Below are positions 63,128 through 64,000 of a stretch of DNA of 64,000 nucleotides, piece after piece. The first letter of the stretch is position 1. Each line of letters opens with the position of its first letter. Location: assembly GCA_965237675.1 (NCBI GenBank), contig OZ250150.1, forward strand, positions 960,001-1,024,000. The letters run 5' to 3'. This DNA is from Candidatus Latescibacterota bacterium. GTDB taxonomy: Bacteria > Latescibacterota > UBA2968 > GCA-2709665. The translations under genes and the position numbers were made by a program. The notes below the pieces were generated by a model that ran no database searches, had not been told where the DNA came from, and saw only the letters and a program-made list of their open reading frames with translations.

Positions 63128-63195
63128 ATTTAATCACCGTTAACCTTTGCCAAGTGACGTCGGTAAGTAACCTGCCGCCAGCGCAAACTGGACTT

Positions 63196-64000
63196 TCACT
63201 GACACAATTCGGCAATCATCGCCGCATTTTCCCCGAGTTGATCGTTGAATTTCTGATACATCCCCACCAGAAGAATATCGTTGGTTTTGATATTATCGAG
63301 AGTAAAGGCGAATTCTTCGCGAATTTGATTCTTGGAACCAATAGTGCGTCCAGCCGCGAGGACTTTGAAAGCGATACAGGGTTTACTGGTACTTTTAATA
63401 ATCCGACACATGCGGTTGCGATGTTCGCGGAGATAGATTTCACCAAGTGGCGGATAGCCGAATTTTCGCTCGAATTCCTCCCGTGCGCCCTGCAAATAAT
63501 ACAGCGCGGTCATGTAATAGTCGATATCCCAGTCTTCTTCTTCGGCAATTTCGATGAGACGGGGATTGTGTACCGACAACCCGACCATTACACCTGTGTT
63601 ACGAATGCGCTTTAGAATATCTCGAAGATGTTCGAGGCGATTTTCCTGAAAACACCTTCCGGCAACACCACTTCCGTGGGGCGCCATACCAATGGGATCT
63701 TGTTTGGCGGCTTCGTCGATCAGTGAGGGATCGTCAACCCAGTTTCCACCTCGGCTGAGACAAAAGTAATGAATCGCACCTCCCTCATCGCGGAATCGCT
63801 GAAGATCGGCGGCCGATCGTTCGGTAAGCGTATTTTGCCAGGCGTTTATGCCCACTTCTTCTGCTCGGCGCAGGGTCGCGATAACCTGATCGGATGTGTT
63901 GGCTTCCTTCTGATGTCCTGAGAGCAACGGGTTAAAATGTGAATATCCATAAATTGGATTGTCGCCCATGATGAGCCGGCTGATCTGATATTGTCCGAAC
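63196..64000 (-). CDS. Hypothetical protein, aldo/keto-reductase-like TIM barrel (5' end outside the window)
   Basis: Frame open to the window edge (FGQYQISRLIMGDNP...); IAFKVLAAGR motif. Confidence 0.6.
   Translation of the reverse strand, partial: FGQYQISRLIMGDNPIYGYSHFNPLLSGHQKEANTSDQVIATLRRAEEVGINAWQNTLTERSAADLQRFRDEGGAIHYFCLSRGGNWVDDPSLIDEAAKQDPIGMAPHGSGVAGRCFQENRLEHLRDILKRIRNTGVMVGLSVHNPRLIEIAEEEDWDIDYYMTALYYLQGAREEFERKFGYPPLGEIYLREHRNRMCRIIKSTSKPCIAFKVLAAGRTIGSKNQIREEFAFTLDNIKTNDILLVGMYQKFNDQLGENAAMIAELCQ

Overview
GC-rich (~60%) bacterial chromosomal segment. The gene content (WD40+cohesin+dockerin surface protein, phytanoyl-CoA dioxygenase, SupB-like ACP, many solute transporters) suggests a marine or sponge-associated Latescibacterota/Gemmatimonadota-like organism; this is inference. 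The backbone is catabolic, transport and housekeeping genes: GGT, two Na+/solute symporters, dipeptidase, enolase-superfamily enzyme, ABC transporter, hydroxyacid-oxoacid transhydrogenase, heparinase II/III, hemB, trpS, TonB receptor and surE. It is interrupted by several lower-GC defence-like inserts: XRE+DUF4258-like+HEPN+Abi_C (14.8-17.9 kb), an HNH-like gene (25.7 kb), DUF262+HEPN (35.6-37.2 kb) and a decaying type I R-M island (51-63 kb). Three IS elements (two IS630, one IS1380) all sit in CTAG sites and split two genes that can be reassembled by eye. Most notable observations: (i) the type I R-M island carries two stacked cargo modules (an RloC-like ATPase and a DUF1828 two-gene pair), each bracketed by a copy of the hsdS 3' end and a copy of the hsdR 5' start, with hsdM missing; (ii) an unannotated Trp-Trp leader-peptide attenuator upstream of trpS; (iii) several families of dispersed intergenic repeats, some of which bracket single foreign genes. 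I recognised no rRNA, tRNA or CRISPR array. Domain names come from motif recognition, not database searches.
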